NCBI RefSeq assembly: GCF_011745625.1 | Contig: NW_027191463.1 | Span: 434,001-498,000, forward strand | Source of the DNA: Cladosporium halotolerans | Lineage: Eukaryota | Direction: 5' to 3' | Length of the DNA: 64,000 nucleotides | Shown: in pieces, positions 1 through 10,211 of the stretch | How positions within the stretch are numbered: the stretch's first letter is position 1 | Layout: each line of letters starts with the position of its first letter | The notes under the pieces: model-generated | What the model saw: the letters and a program-made list of their open reading frames with translations, nothing else | Database searches by the model: none | Told to the model about the DNA's origin: nothing | Program-made: the position numbers and the translations under genes

Positions 1-1
1 G

Positions 2-1177
2 GAACCCATCCGAGGTCGTGAGCTCGTCGGCCTAGTACCATGGATGTTTAGCATGCCCGACGATGACCCCAAATACAGCTCCGCATGGTCGCATTTGCTA
101 GATTCCGACAAGTTGAGTGGATCGAGCGGCATGCGAACCGTGGAGCCGTCGTACGAGTACTACATGCGCCAATATCGCTATGATGCAGCGACTGGGCTCC
201 GCGAGTGCCAATGGAATGGGCCTGTGTGGCCTTACCAGACGACTCAGGCACTTCTGGGTCTGGCCAATCTGCTTGACACCTACAACCAGACATTCATCTC
301 GAAGACGGATTACTTGAACGAGCTGCGTCGGTACACCAAGCTGCACTACAACAACGGCAAGCTTGATCTTGAGGAGGATTATGAGCCTGACAAGCCCGGT
401 CCCATTGTTGGTCTGCCGCGCTCGCATCACTATTTCCATTCCGGCTACAATGATCTGATCATCTCCGGTCTCGTTGGAATCCGACCTCAAGCCGATGACA
501 CCCTCGTTGTCAACCCCATGCTTCCCGCCGACTCTGACATCTCATACTTCCGTCTGCAAGACGTAGCCTACCATGGTCACACACTTGCTGTTCAGTGGGA
601 TGCCGACGGTAGCCACTACGGTCAAGGAGCCGGGCTCAAGGTCTACGTTGACGGTGACGAAGCGGCTTCCGCCGCAGGGCTCGAGCGCGTCACCGCGAGC
701 GTCTCACGAGCTTCTGCTACAACCATTGATCGGTCTCGCATCGCGAAGTCCGTTCAGCTGGTGAGAGGGCAATACCCTATCGGAAGCGCGTCGACCGGTA
801 ACGAGACTGAAAACGTTCACGATGCGATCGACGGACGTGTCTGGTTCTTCCCTGAATTGCCCAATGGCTGGAATTCCAACGCCACGGAGGAAGACTCGCA
901 GCAGTGGTATGCCATTGACTTCGGCGCTGACACATCGCTCACCAGTGCAGAGTTGGCTTTCTTTGCCGACGATGGTGACTTTGCTCTGCCTAAGGATTAT
1001 ACTGTTCTCAGCTGGGACAACGGCGAGTGGAAGAAGATTGTGGGCGAAGGTGATCAACCTGTGGCTAATGGCATTACAAATGTCAAGTGGGCCGACTTGA
1101 GCACTTCCAAGTTGATGCTGCAATTCACCCAATTGGCTGGCAAGAGGACGAGACTGGCAGAGTTCAAAGCGTTCTGA
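2..1177 (+). CDS. Glycoside hydrolase (MGH1/GH63-like six-hairpin) with C-terminal F5/8 type C (discoidin) domain; 5' end lies outside the window
   Basis: Frame is open from base 2 (EPIRGRELVGLVPWMF). Motifs WNGPVWPYQTTQ and RSHHYFHSGYNDLIISGLVGIRP, then discoidin-like AIDG...QWYAIDFG...EFKAF. Confidence 0.8.
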   Translation, partial: EPIRGRELVGLVPWMFSMPDDDPKYSSAWSHLLDSDKLSGSSGMRTVEPSYEYYMRQYRYDAATGLRECQWNGPVWPYQTTQALLGLANLLDTYNQTFISKTDYLNELRRYTKLHYNNGKLDLEEDYEPDKPGPIVGLPRSHHYFHSGYNDLIISGLVGIRPQADDTLVVNPMLPADSDISYFRLQDVAYHGHTLAVQWDADGSHYGQGAGLKVYVDGDEAASAAGLERVTASVSRASATTIDRSRIAKSVQLVRGQYPIGSASTGNETENVHDAIDGRVWFFPELPNGWNSNATEEDSQQWYAIDFGADTSLTSAELAFFADDGDFALPKDYTVLSWDNGEWKKIVGEGDQPVANGITNVKWADLSTSKLMLQFTQLAGKRTRLAEFKAF

Positions 1178-1658
1178 ACGTAGTCACTACTAGCTTCACT
1201 TCTACAGTGAGGGTTATGCACCAAATTGTCCATCGTCAAACTATGGCGCTCTACATATCCAATTCGGCCAAGCTTCAGACGACTAGGCCTAGTCTGTTGA
1301 AGCGACTTCTCGGGCTAAAGCTTTCCGATGCTTTAAAACATAAACGAAACTCCACATTCCCGCTCTCGGCTCCACAACCATCGTGTTTCGCGCCTAAGTG
1401 AAGGTGCGCTTAGCGTCATATCATGCAGAATACATAAATGTACAGCAGCGTAAGTTTCACCGGCCTCGCTTGCTGTCGTATCGAGCGCAGATGCATGCTT
1501 CTCAGACGACATGGTGCCGGGATGTGGAGGGTGCTCTTCAAAAGTGTTGCGTTTATGCATTGCATAGATCCATACCTGGGATATAAATTATCCGCCTTGT
1601 CAAGTCCGGACATGAAAGTAATTGTTGCAATATCACAACTGGGACCCTCGCTGCAGTC

Positions 1659-3119
1659 ATGGGCCTTCTCTCTTTCTCATCTCTGGCTTTGACGGCCTTG
1701 GCTATCAGCACGCCTCTTGCAAGTGCAGCCAATGCTATTTTCTATCCCAAGATCAATTTGACGGACACCGAGAACAATTTGATCCAAGCTCACGGTGGCG
1801 CTATCCTTCGTAGTGCTAGTTCTGATGACAACAACTGGTACTGGTTTGGAGAAGACAAGACTGGGTTGACCAACAGTGGCAGGTCAGTAAACATCTCGGA
1901 ACACTGAATGGAACTCGTTTTGATACTAATCGTGGTTCCCAGCTTCATCGGTGTCAACTGCTACCGCAGCAGCAACTTCGTCTCCTGGGAACGTGTTGGA
2001 CACGTTCTGTCTCCTCAAGATGGAACCAACATCTCCGACAGCAAGATCGTCGAAAGACCGAAGGTGATCTACAATGACAAGAACTCCGAGTACGTCATGT
2101 GGTTTCACGGCGACAACTCCAGCTATGGAGCAGCGCAAGTCGGCGTCGCCACCAGCCAGACCGTCGACGGACAATACTCGTGGAAGGGCAACTTCAAGCC
2201 GTTCGGCAACGACAGCAGAGACATGACCGTCTGGAAAGATCCGGATGATGGCTCCGCATACCTGATCTACGCCACAAATGGTAACGCAGACTTCTCCATC
2301 GCGAGCCTGGACAGCGATTACTACTACCCCAATGAGAGCTTGTACACATTCGAGGAGAAATTCTGGGAAGCGCCAGGCGTCTTCAAGATCGACGGCGTCT
2401 TCTATCTGATCTTCTCGCGTCAAGACGGCTGGACCCCGACGGACAACTTCTACATGACTTCCACCTCAATGGCAGGTCCCTGGTCCGAGGCCACGCTCCT
2501 CGCTCCCGAAGGCTCTTATGCGTACTTGACCCAGAACGCTTACGATATCGTGATCGAGGGATCAAAGCAGGTGGTCTACCTCTACTACGGCGATCACTGG
2601 AGCGGCAACCAACTCGGCTCCTCGACCTATGCTTTCCACCCCACAACCCATGACGGCGAGACTCTATCGCTGTACAAGACTGGTGCCTGGACTCTTGATC
2701 TTGCGACTGGCGAATGGTCTGACCTCCCGTTCGACAGCATCACCGCGGCTGACTCGACGACCCCCGACACCAATCTCGTCCCATGCGAGGACGGCTGCGC
2801 CGGCGGACAAGCGGCGAACATGACGTCTGAGACCTCGTTCTCTTTCACTTACTCTGGCGGCGCTGGCGCCAAGGTCCTCGGCATCGAGTATGTGTACAAT
2901 GGGCCGAAGAACAGGTTCCTGCACATTGGCGTCACTCTCAACGGCGCTCAAGCAGAAGGCAATGCGCTCATGGAGACGACTCGGGGCACTACTTACGCTC
3001 AGGAAGCCCCGTTTCCTGTTGAATTGGCCGACGGAGATGAGGTGACGCTTAAGCTGCTGGATGCGGATGGCAACGCGTTCTTGATTGATGGAGTTAAGGT
3101 CTACGAGGATCTGCGCTGA
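1659..3119 (+). CDS. Secreted GH43 (subfamily 24-like, exo-beta-1,3-galactanase type); exons 1659-1882, 1943-3119
   Basis: Signal peptide, IQAHGG, WYWFGEDK, IVERPKVIYN, SRDMT, EAPG motifs. 60-nt intron GTCAGT...CTAAT...CAG joins the two ORFs in frame. Confidence 0.88.
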
Positions 3120-3279
3120 CGTGACTGAGGACGATTTGAAACGATTGAATCTATAATAGCCCCATGGCAGTCCCTCTCAGAAGATTTTTCAAGCTCCTTC
3201 AAAGCCTCTCTTTACTACGTGCGGTGTGTTCATCCGTAATTTCTCTTGGGAAGTAGAAGATGGTACTTGTAGGGTTCGT

Positions 3280-3300
3280 AGGGTTAGGGTTGGGGTTACG
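3280..3300 (+). repeat. Telomere-like motif AGGGTTAGGGTTGGGGTTACG (left arm of a 21-bp inverted repeat)
   Basis: Exact reverse complement of 7209-7229; preceded by a further TAGGGTT unit at 3270. Confidence 0.9.
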
Positions 3301-3643
3301 ATCACTAGGCTGCATCGTGACATATTGCGACTGTCACCCGAACTGGCTCCTGGTTTTGGAAAACCTCGAGGGCTATTAGTAATGCTCAAGGTTGTATCAG
3401 GTGCCTGTCATCGTTGGCAAAGCGAGCTCGCCGTCGTGCGAAAAGTGAGTCACTTTGAGTTTCGAAGCCGCTTCGCTTAGCGAACGGAACCGCAATACGA
3501 AATAGCATGTTCAATGCCAAAGGTATAAATGGTGGTCGGTCCACCCGAGTGTCAGACTGTATATATTATCAAACACCAATCTTCCGAATCGCAAGCCTCA
3601 ATCTTATCGCGTCGTATTCGACTACTCGACAAGACTTGAACTA

Positions 3644-4618
3644 ATGGTCGGTGACACATCTGCAACAACAACAACAACAACCACGGCCACGATGGAAGCC
3701 GAATCGGGCCGCAACGGCATCCTTGCCGCCTCGCATCCGCAACAGACCCACACCCACCACAACGGCGACGCCGCCGTCCCATCTTCAACGCCCTCAGTTA
3801 ATATCGAACATGAATATGACGATACAAAATGCCTCTTTTGCAACGCAGAAAGCTCAGACTTGGATCAGAACATGGTCCACATGTCGAAAAGCCATGGTCT
3901 GCAGATAGAGTCCGCGAAACTCCTAGTAGACACCGCAACGCTGCTCGCATATTTCCATTTCGTCATTTTCGTATATCACGAATGTCTCTATTGCGGAACG
4001 CAGCGGAACACCCACCAGGCTGTGCAGCAGCACATGATAGCCAAGGGTCACTGCAAGTACGACATCACAGATGAGAACTCAGAGCTCAGAGACTTTTACG
4101 ATTTGTCTTCAACTCTTGCGAAGGATGAGATTCGACAACAACTAGCAATGCGTACTCCTGACGACCAAGGTTCACAAACACGGACCAAGTACAGGAAGAA
4201 GCTGCCCGTGAAGCGTCCAAGGACGCGCGGGTCAAGCATCACAGGTCCATCATTAGCATCGACAAGTCCAGCTTCGCAATCAGATACTGATACTGGTGGA
4301 TCAAGCTCAGATGACAGCACTGGTGTTCCTCGAAGACACGATCAGCTAAGTACGAGAGCTCTGAAGCAAGAGAACATGCTCAACAACCAAGTGGCTCACC
4401 TTCGAGCGAACGATCGTCGAAGTCTGATGCACATGCCGGTTTCGCAGCAACGGGCTTTGCTGTTGACTCATCACAAGCAGATGGAGAAGGAGAGGCGGAC
4501 AGAGCAGACAGAACGGAGCAATTTGGAGAGTGCCGGCAATTATTTTGGGCGATTAGGGACGATCAGATTGATCCGGAAGCCTCCTCATACAGGAAGGGTG
4601 CAGACGCTGAAGCGTTGA
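3644..4618 (+). CDS. REI1/ZNF622-like C2H2 zinc-finger protein (truncated paralogue, TRI15-like), intronless
   Basis: CLFC...HMSKSHGL and ECLYCG...QQHMIAKGHCK fingers typical of the Rei1 family; lacks the N-terminal Rei1 fingers. Confidence 0.75.
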   Translation: MVGDTSATTTTTTTATMEAESGRNGILAASHPQQTHTHHNGDAAVPSSTPSVNIEHEYDDTKCLFCNAESSDLDQNMVHMSKSHGLQIESAKLLVDTATLLAYFHFVIFVYHECLYCGTQRNTHQAVQQHMIAKGHCKYDITDENSELRDFYDLSSTLAKDEIRQQLAMRTPDDQGSQTRTKYRKKLPVKRPRTRGSSITGPSLASTSPASQSDTDTGGSSSDDSTGVPRRHDQLSTRALKQENMLNNQVAHLRANDRRSLMHMPVSQQRALLLTHHKQMEKERRTEQTERSNLESAGNYFGRLGTIRLIRKPPHTGRVQTLKR

Positions 4619-4728
4619 AGCCCTGCAACAGGCTGATCGTAGTGTCTTATAATCTTCATTATCAAGAGTTAGTTGCCATCATCGTATATGGTTTGCACAT
4701 AGAGGCTTCGCCTGCACATCGCCAGATC

Positions 4729-6741
4729 TCACTTCCTGAGTTTGCATTCCTTCGTAACCTTGACAGCCGGGTCAGACTCAGACACAGCAGTCAGAAGCAC
4801 CTTTCCGCGCTTCTCAGCATCCTTTTCAGCTCCCACAGCAACCTTGACAGCCACCGTCTCGCCAATCTCAGCAGAAGCCAAAGCATTCGGCATCACAGCC
4901 CTCCAGCCCTCGCCCTCAACCTCAGCACTCAGCCTGTAAATGTCAGAGCGCATGTAGTCGGGGAAGTTCTTCTGACCCTTGGCGTTGTTCTTGAGGTCGA
5001 ATGTGCAGGTTCCAACAAAGGCGTCTCCTGTGCCAGACTGCTCCAGCTTGCCCTTGTCCAGTTTGACGGAACGCTCGGCTTCCGTTGTTGCGTCCAGGGA
5101 GCGGACGCCGACGGTGTAGTGAAGCACGCCTTGCTCATCGCGAATGGGCTTGATCACGTAGAAGTGCAGGCCGTTCGCCTCGTCGACGTACTCGTACTCG
5201 CTGCCCGACCGCGTGCCAGCGTGGAAGAGCGCATCGGAAAGCTGGCGATAGTCTCCGATCGTGATATACTGCGCCGAGCCATCGGGGCGGTAGAAGTCGA
5301 GCAATTTGATGTCATCGGGGTTCGCGTCAATAGTCCACTGGAAAGGTGCCGGGCGGTCCGCGTCTTTGGTCTTGCTGATCATGACGCCGTGGTCGGACTG
5401 GAAGGAGTCCGCGCCCATCCGGTCGATGACCTCCAGGTCGTAGTTGTTGTATCCGCCGCCGTCACAGAGGGGCTCGACAGTCTGGTTGCACGGGGGCGAG
5501 AGGTCGTCGCCGATCGCTACGTGGACTCCCATCAGGCCGTTGCCGTTCGGGTGGATGATTCTGGCGGTGATATCGGCTACGAGCACGCCGTACTGGGAAA
5601 GCTCTTTTCGAGATGTCATCAGGATGCTCGCGTTGCTTACGAGATCAATGCGCATCTTGTCGCCCATGGTATGGGGAGAGCCCAGAGAGCCACCCTGCAG
5701 AGACGGGATCTGCCATCGAGTGTGAGGTCCACCAGGTCCGTTGAAGCTGCCACGGGACATCATCGACCAGGGACCAGTGTAGGCGCGGACAGGCTGTTCG
5801 GCGTACGGGTTGTTATAGTTGTCGCCAATACCGAGGAGGTGGGTCAATTCGTGGGCATACGTTCCCATGCCGGAGCTCTCGCCTTGGGTAGAAGATCCGC
5901 CTCCTGCATTCGGCCAAATGGTTGATGCGGCAGCCCAAGACGTCCAGTTTACGTAGCGAGTCTGAGCCGCATTTGCAAGGCTGGTGTTACCGGGAGGGCC
6001 GAAGTCGTCAGGGACATCCGTTGGTCCCTGGAAGATCATCTGACCGAATTCTTGCCACGTCGAAGACTCGTCCTGGCCAGCGGAGAGAATGAAGACCAAT
6101 TCGTAGGCGTCTGCTGTCTCGTTTCCAACATCAGCTCGCCATGCACCAAGGGCATCGGTGCGCAGATCCACAGAGCAGGGACCTGGCTCAGGACAAGCGC
6201 CCTCGTTAAAGCCGCCTTCCTCGTCGTCAACGCCGTATTGGTAGGAGTTGCTCGGCATGCGGTAAGCACCGAATGCAGTCAGGTCGACGCCGAAGCGTCC
6301 GCCAGAGTCCTCCATCCAATACTCATGCAAAGTGTGGTTACAATTCAGCTCCTGCGGCTTATTGAGCAAGTCGCGATAGAAGGTAGGGACATCTTCGCGG
6401 CTCAGGCTGTTCGCAGCTGCTTGTGGGTTGGTGAACACGGTTGAGTTCTCAGCCATCGTGATCACGAAATCGTGATCAGGATAGTCCACGGCCACCAGAG
6501 CGATGTTAAAGTTGCGCTCGGAGCCTTTGCGTGCGGGATCAGACCAGGGATGACCAGGAGGCGCAACGTAGTCGTCCCATGTCATGTCGTCCGGATTCTC
6601 CCAGTTCTGAGGGTCAAGGACTGCGAATGGGTCTGACTTTTCCTGTCCATAGCCGGCCGGCTTGTCAACTGGAATGGCATTGACAAGTACGGCACCAGCA
6701 GACAATACTGCCAGCACCTTTGGTGCTGTGCTCAAGACCAT
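4729..6741 (-). CDS. Secreted M6-family (immune inhibitor A-like) metalloprotease, intronless
   Basis: Signal peptide, YAHELTHLLGIGDNY zinc motif, WSMMSRGSFNG Met-turn. Confidence 0.82.
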   Translation of the reverse strand: MVLSTAPKVLAVLSAGAVLVNAIPVDKPAGYGQEKSDPFAVLDPQNWENPDDMTWDDYVAPPGHPWSDPARKGSERNFNIALVAVDYPDHDFVITMAENSTVFTNPQAAANSLSREDVPTFYRDLLNKPQELNCNHTLHEYWMEDSGGRFGVDLTAFGAYRMPSNSYQYGVDDEEGGFNEGACPEPGPCSVDLRTDALGAWRADVGNETADAYELVFILSAGQDESSTWQEFGQMIFQGPTDVPDDFGPPGNTSLANAAQTRYVNWTSWAAASTIWPNAGGGSSTQGESSGMGTYAHELTHLLGIGDNYNNPYAEQPVRAYTGPWSMMSRGSFNGPGGPHTRWQIPSLQGGSLGSPHTMGDKMRIDLVSNASILMTSRKELSQYGVLVADITARIIHPNGNGLMGVHVAIGDDLSPPCNQTVEPLCDGGGYNNYDLEVIDRMGADSFQSDHGVMISKTKDADRPAPFQWTIDANPDDIKLLDFYRPDGSAQYITIGDYRQLSDALFHAGTRSGSEYEYVDEANGLHFYVIKPIRDEQGVLHYTVGVRSLDATTEAERSVKLDKGKLEQSGTGDAFVGTCTFDLKNNAKGQKNFPDYMRSDIYRLSAEVEGEGWRAVMPNALASAEIGETVAVKVAVGAEKDAEKRGKVLLTAVSESDPAVKVTKECKLRK

Positions 6742-7208
6742 GATGTTGTCTGTGATCGTGCTACGTGAACGCAGTAGCAGACTTGCGTTCTCTTCACATA
6801 CCGCTTCGGCGCCATGAAGCTATATAGCCAATGAGTAATGTATCTCGGCTAATGGTCCGAGGTGTCATTTATGATCGAATGCGACATGCCTCATTCAGAA
6901 TAGAGAGGTCTTGGAAAGTCTTGGCCGTAAATGTGACCTGCTTGATTTAGAAGCTTATCGTGTCTATCACGAGTCAGGGTTTCCGTGGTCTTGCAGATAT
7001 CGTATTGCTTGAGATGTACAGAGGTGGATAGTAAAATATCTGGGCGGGCGGCTCATGTTATACAATCTGCGCCGATCCTCAGCGATGAGAACATAGATGA
7101 GTAAGGAAGAGGAGCAAACAGAAGCATGCGGAGCCGGTTGCACAACCTCCAAGTGTTTGGCCGTCTGCGGGGAAACTGCCAGATCACAAGCAGCTCTGTG
7201 AAGTGCAA

Positions 7209-7229
7209 CGTAACCCCAACCCTAACCCT
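7209..7229 (-). repeat. Telomere-like motif (right arm of the 21-bp inverted repeat)
   Basis: CGTAACCCCAACCCTAACCCT on +, 21/21 complementary to 3280-3300. Confidence 0.9.
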
Positions 7230-7242
7230 GCCAACACCATCG

Positions 7243-7704
7243 TCACGATCGATCCTCGTTGAACTCTGCGAACCACCTCTTCCCATCGATCAAGTACCCT
7301 TTCTCATCAAACTTGACACCTTCCTTGCTCAGCAGTGCGAGCTTGGAAGTCTGATTCTGCCCGCTCGGTGCCTTCTCCCAATCACCCATGAAGCCACCCA
7401 CGAAACCGTCGGCGGCAATGCAGCGGTGACACGGCTATCCGGTATTGATCAGCTCGGAGTGCTTGGACTCATTCATGTTTCTTGGATAGAGAGCTCACCA
7501 CCTCTGGTGCAAACGGATTTCGCCTCAAAGCACCACCAACAGCGCGCGGAGACGATTTGAGAGCAGCTGCCATCGCGGCGTACGACGAGACGCGACCCTC
7601 GGGGATCTGCAGCAACAGCGCGTAGACTCTCTGCACCTCCATGAGTATTGCGAGTATATTGGAATTCTGAACCTGCTCACCTCTTGAAATTCCGTGACTG
7701 CCAT
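7243..7704 (-). CDS. MGT1: O6-methylguanine-DNA methyltransferase (short single-domain type); exons 7704-7681, 7630-7499, 7434-7243
   Basis: Spliced product MAVTEFQERVYALLLQIPEGRVSSY...SPRAVGGALRRNPFAPEVPCHRCI; PCHR active site and RAVG arginine finger; two GTGAG...AG introns. Not captured by the ORF track. Confidence 0.9.
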
Positions 7705-8293
7705 CTCACGAGTTGTTTTGTTGATCGGCGGATGAGCTGAGAGCAAGCGTGGAGGAAGGAGGCGTGAAGCGCAGCTTTTGACGAACTTGCAATATCTGAT
7801 CCTATCAATACGTGATTGTCTTCGCTATACAGTGAATCATGACTCGAATGAGATTGCAAAGCAATGTAAGCAGATGAGCACGCGTTGGTGTCGATATCAC
7901 TAGGCAGCCGTCTCGATCTCTATACGATTGCCCTTGAATTATCCAATGAGAGGGGCGGACAGCAGATTTAGGATTACAACCTTATGCATCCCACAGTAGC
8001 TAGTCGGTGCCCTCGATATACCGCTATTCCCTCGAAGAAACACAGGCTATGACTCTTCTTTTCCTCTCACGTTTGCCAGTTGGTAGCACATACATGACTG
8101 TCGTTGCCGTGGAGAAATGAAACGCTCACGCTCGAAACGTGAATTAGAATATTCGATTTAGCATCTTGCTCCCATCTGCAATGTATGAATAAATGCTTTT
8201 GTACAATCGCACCAGCTTGACCTTCAAAAATTCGAGCCTCCAGTGGCGCATCTCTGAATATGTCCAAGGCATTCCTTCAACCGGCAAACGAAT

Positions 8294-9622
8294 CTAGATC
8301 TTCACACTCCAAGGGTGCGCCTCGTCACCATACTGGATACCCTCGATCCAGTCCTTGAAGCGCTTCGTGATCTGGCCGGCCTCAACATCCTCCGTCAGAC
8401 CGCAGCTGACGAGCTCGTTGTTGTACTGGATGCTCCTAACCGGGCTGACAACAGCCGCGGTACCCGAACCAAACACCTCAAGCATGCGGCCCTCCCTCGC
8501 CGCCTCAGCGAGCTCGCGCATGTGGAACCTGCGCTCGCTGACCTTCCAGCCCTCCGGCACCAGCCTCTCCCTCGCGAGCTGCAAGATAGAGTCCCGAACA
8601 ACGCCCTCGAGAATAGTGCCGTCCAGCGGCGCGGTCATGAGCTCCTTCTGGCCCTCCTTGTTAACAATCGCCGCGAACAGGTTCATCGTGCCGACCTCCG
8701 TCACAAAGTCCTCGACCTTGCCCGTCTCCGCGTCCACGTCCTCGAACAGCCACAGGTTCTGCTGGAAGCCGCGCGACGCCGCCTGCATCTGGGGTACGAT
8801 GCACGGCGCGTAGTTGGCGCCCAGCTTGCTGTTGCCGACACCGCCGGGCCACGCGCGCACGGCGTACTTGGTCGCTTCGAGCGAGATGGCTTTGAAGCCA
8901 GTCGGGTAGTAGGGGCCGACGGGCGAGGCGATCACGTACAGGAGCGCGGAGCCGGGGGGGCCCACGCCGAGCGTGCGCTGCGTGCCGATCATGTTGGGGC
9001 GGAGGTAGAGGGAGTAGCCGCGTTCTCTGTGGGCCGTCGGGTTAGTCCTGGGACTCGGGATGTATATGCGAATGTTCACTTACGAGGGAATGAAGCGCTC
9101 CTCCAGCTGGCAGAATTTCTTGATCAGCTCGATCACCTTGTCGCCTTCGAACGTGGGCAGCGCGATGCGGGCAACGCTCCTGTTCAATCTCGCCATGTTC
9201 ATGTCCGGCCGGAACAGCCTAACGTTTCCCTGCTTGTCCTTGTACGCCTTCATGCCCTCGAACGCCTCGAAAGCGTAGTGGAAGACGCACGTCGCGGGGT
9301 CCAGGCTGAGGTTCTGGTACGGTGTGATCCTGGGGTCCATCCAGCCATTGGACGCGGTCCATTCGAGGCTCAGCATGTGATCGGTGAAGGTGCGGCCGAA
9401 AACCAAATCCTTGTTGTCAAGTCTCTCCTTCGGGGTGGTTGTCTTCTGGACCTGCAGCTTTGACAGGTCAATGGCCTGCAGCTTCGGGTCTTTGGAGTCG
9501 GGCGCGGCGATCGCATAGCTTCTTCGCTGCGAGAGGAGACATCTTTTCGTAGACCAGGCGCGTGCCGAGGGAGCGGCCAGGACGCTGCGACGGGGCAGCA
9601 GCTGGCGGAGAGGAGAGGCCAT
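8294..9622 (-). CDS. BAT1: Branched-chain amino acid aminotransferase, mitochondrial; exons 9622-9084, 9026-8294
   Basis: Arg/Ser-rich presequence, [25 protein letters not shown] (PLP Lys), TEVGTMN, FGSGTAA; 57-nt intron. Confidence 0.95.
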
Positions 9623-10211
9623 TGTGTGAGAGGGAATCTGCAGTGAGCAGCAGATGCTGGAGGAGGATGGCAGGTGTATGCGAGGTCCGGCAATGGACGG
9701 AATGACTGTGTGTATCAATCGTAGTCACCGGTTAAGGCGTGTTGTAGGGCGGGCTTGACTTTCGTCAGCGCAGTCGGCGTTGCGAAGGCCGGCTTCGGCG
9801 CTTCTATCCCGCGGCTGCTGACCGAAGGACTTGGGCCATTTTGATTGATTGGTTGATTGAGAATTGATGGACTGAATCAATGGACCCTGAAGACGTCGCC
9901 CAACATCCCGTGTTACACCAGCGGATAGGTTACAGCTGCTTACGTCTGCAATTGGCGCATTTAGCACGTCCTGGATGCTGTCTTCATAAGCGCAGCACGT
10001 TTTCTGAAATTCAGAAGAGCCACAACTGGCGTACAACCGAGACGCTGCGACCGGAACACTTCGCCAGGCACAGCAAACACCCTGCGCTTCCAGGCACCCA
10101 GATCACATCACTTCTGACGACGACAGCAACACCCCAATGCTCACTCCCACCTAAACGCTTGCACAAGCGTCACACACCACCCACCACCCTCTCGAGGGCT
10201 TTCTACTAACG

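Noticed and set aside
4615..5925. 436-aa + strand ORF, and similar long antisense ORFs at 8315-9463, 16589-17620, 19721-20761, 52145-53101 and 62486-63946
   Set aside because: Shadow ORFs on the opposite strand of strongly codon-biased genes; no recognisable motifs
7209..7229. Motif as the telomerase RNA gene template itself
   Set aside because: It occurs three times and is tightly flanked by protein genes, leaving little room for a long fungal TER; no pseudoknot or CR4/5 recognised
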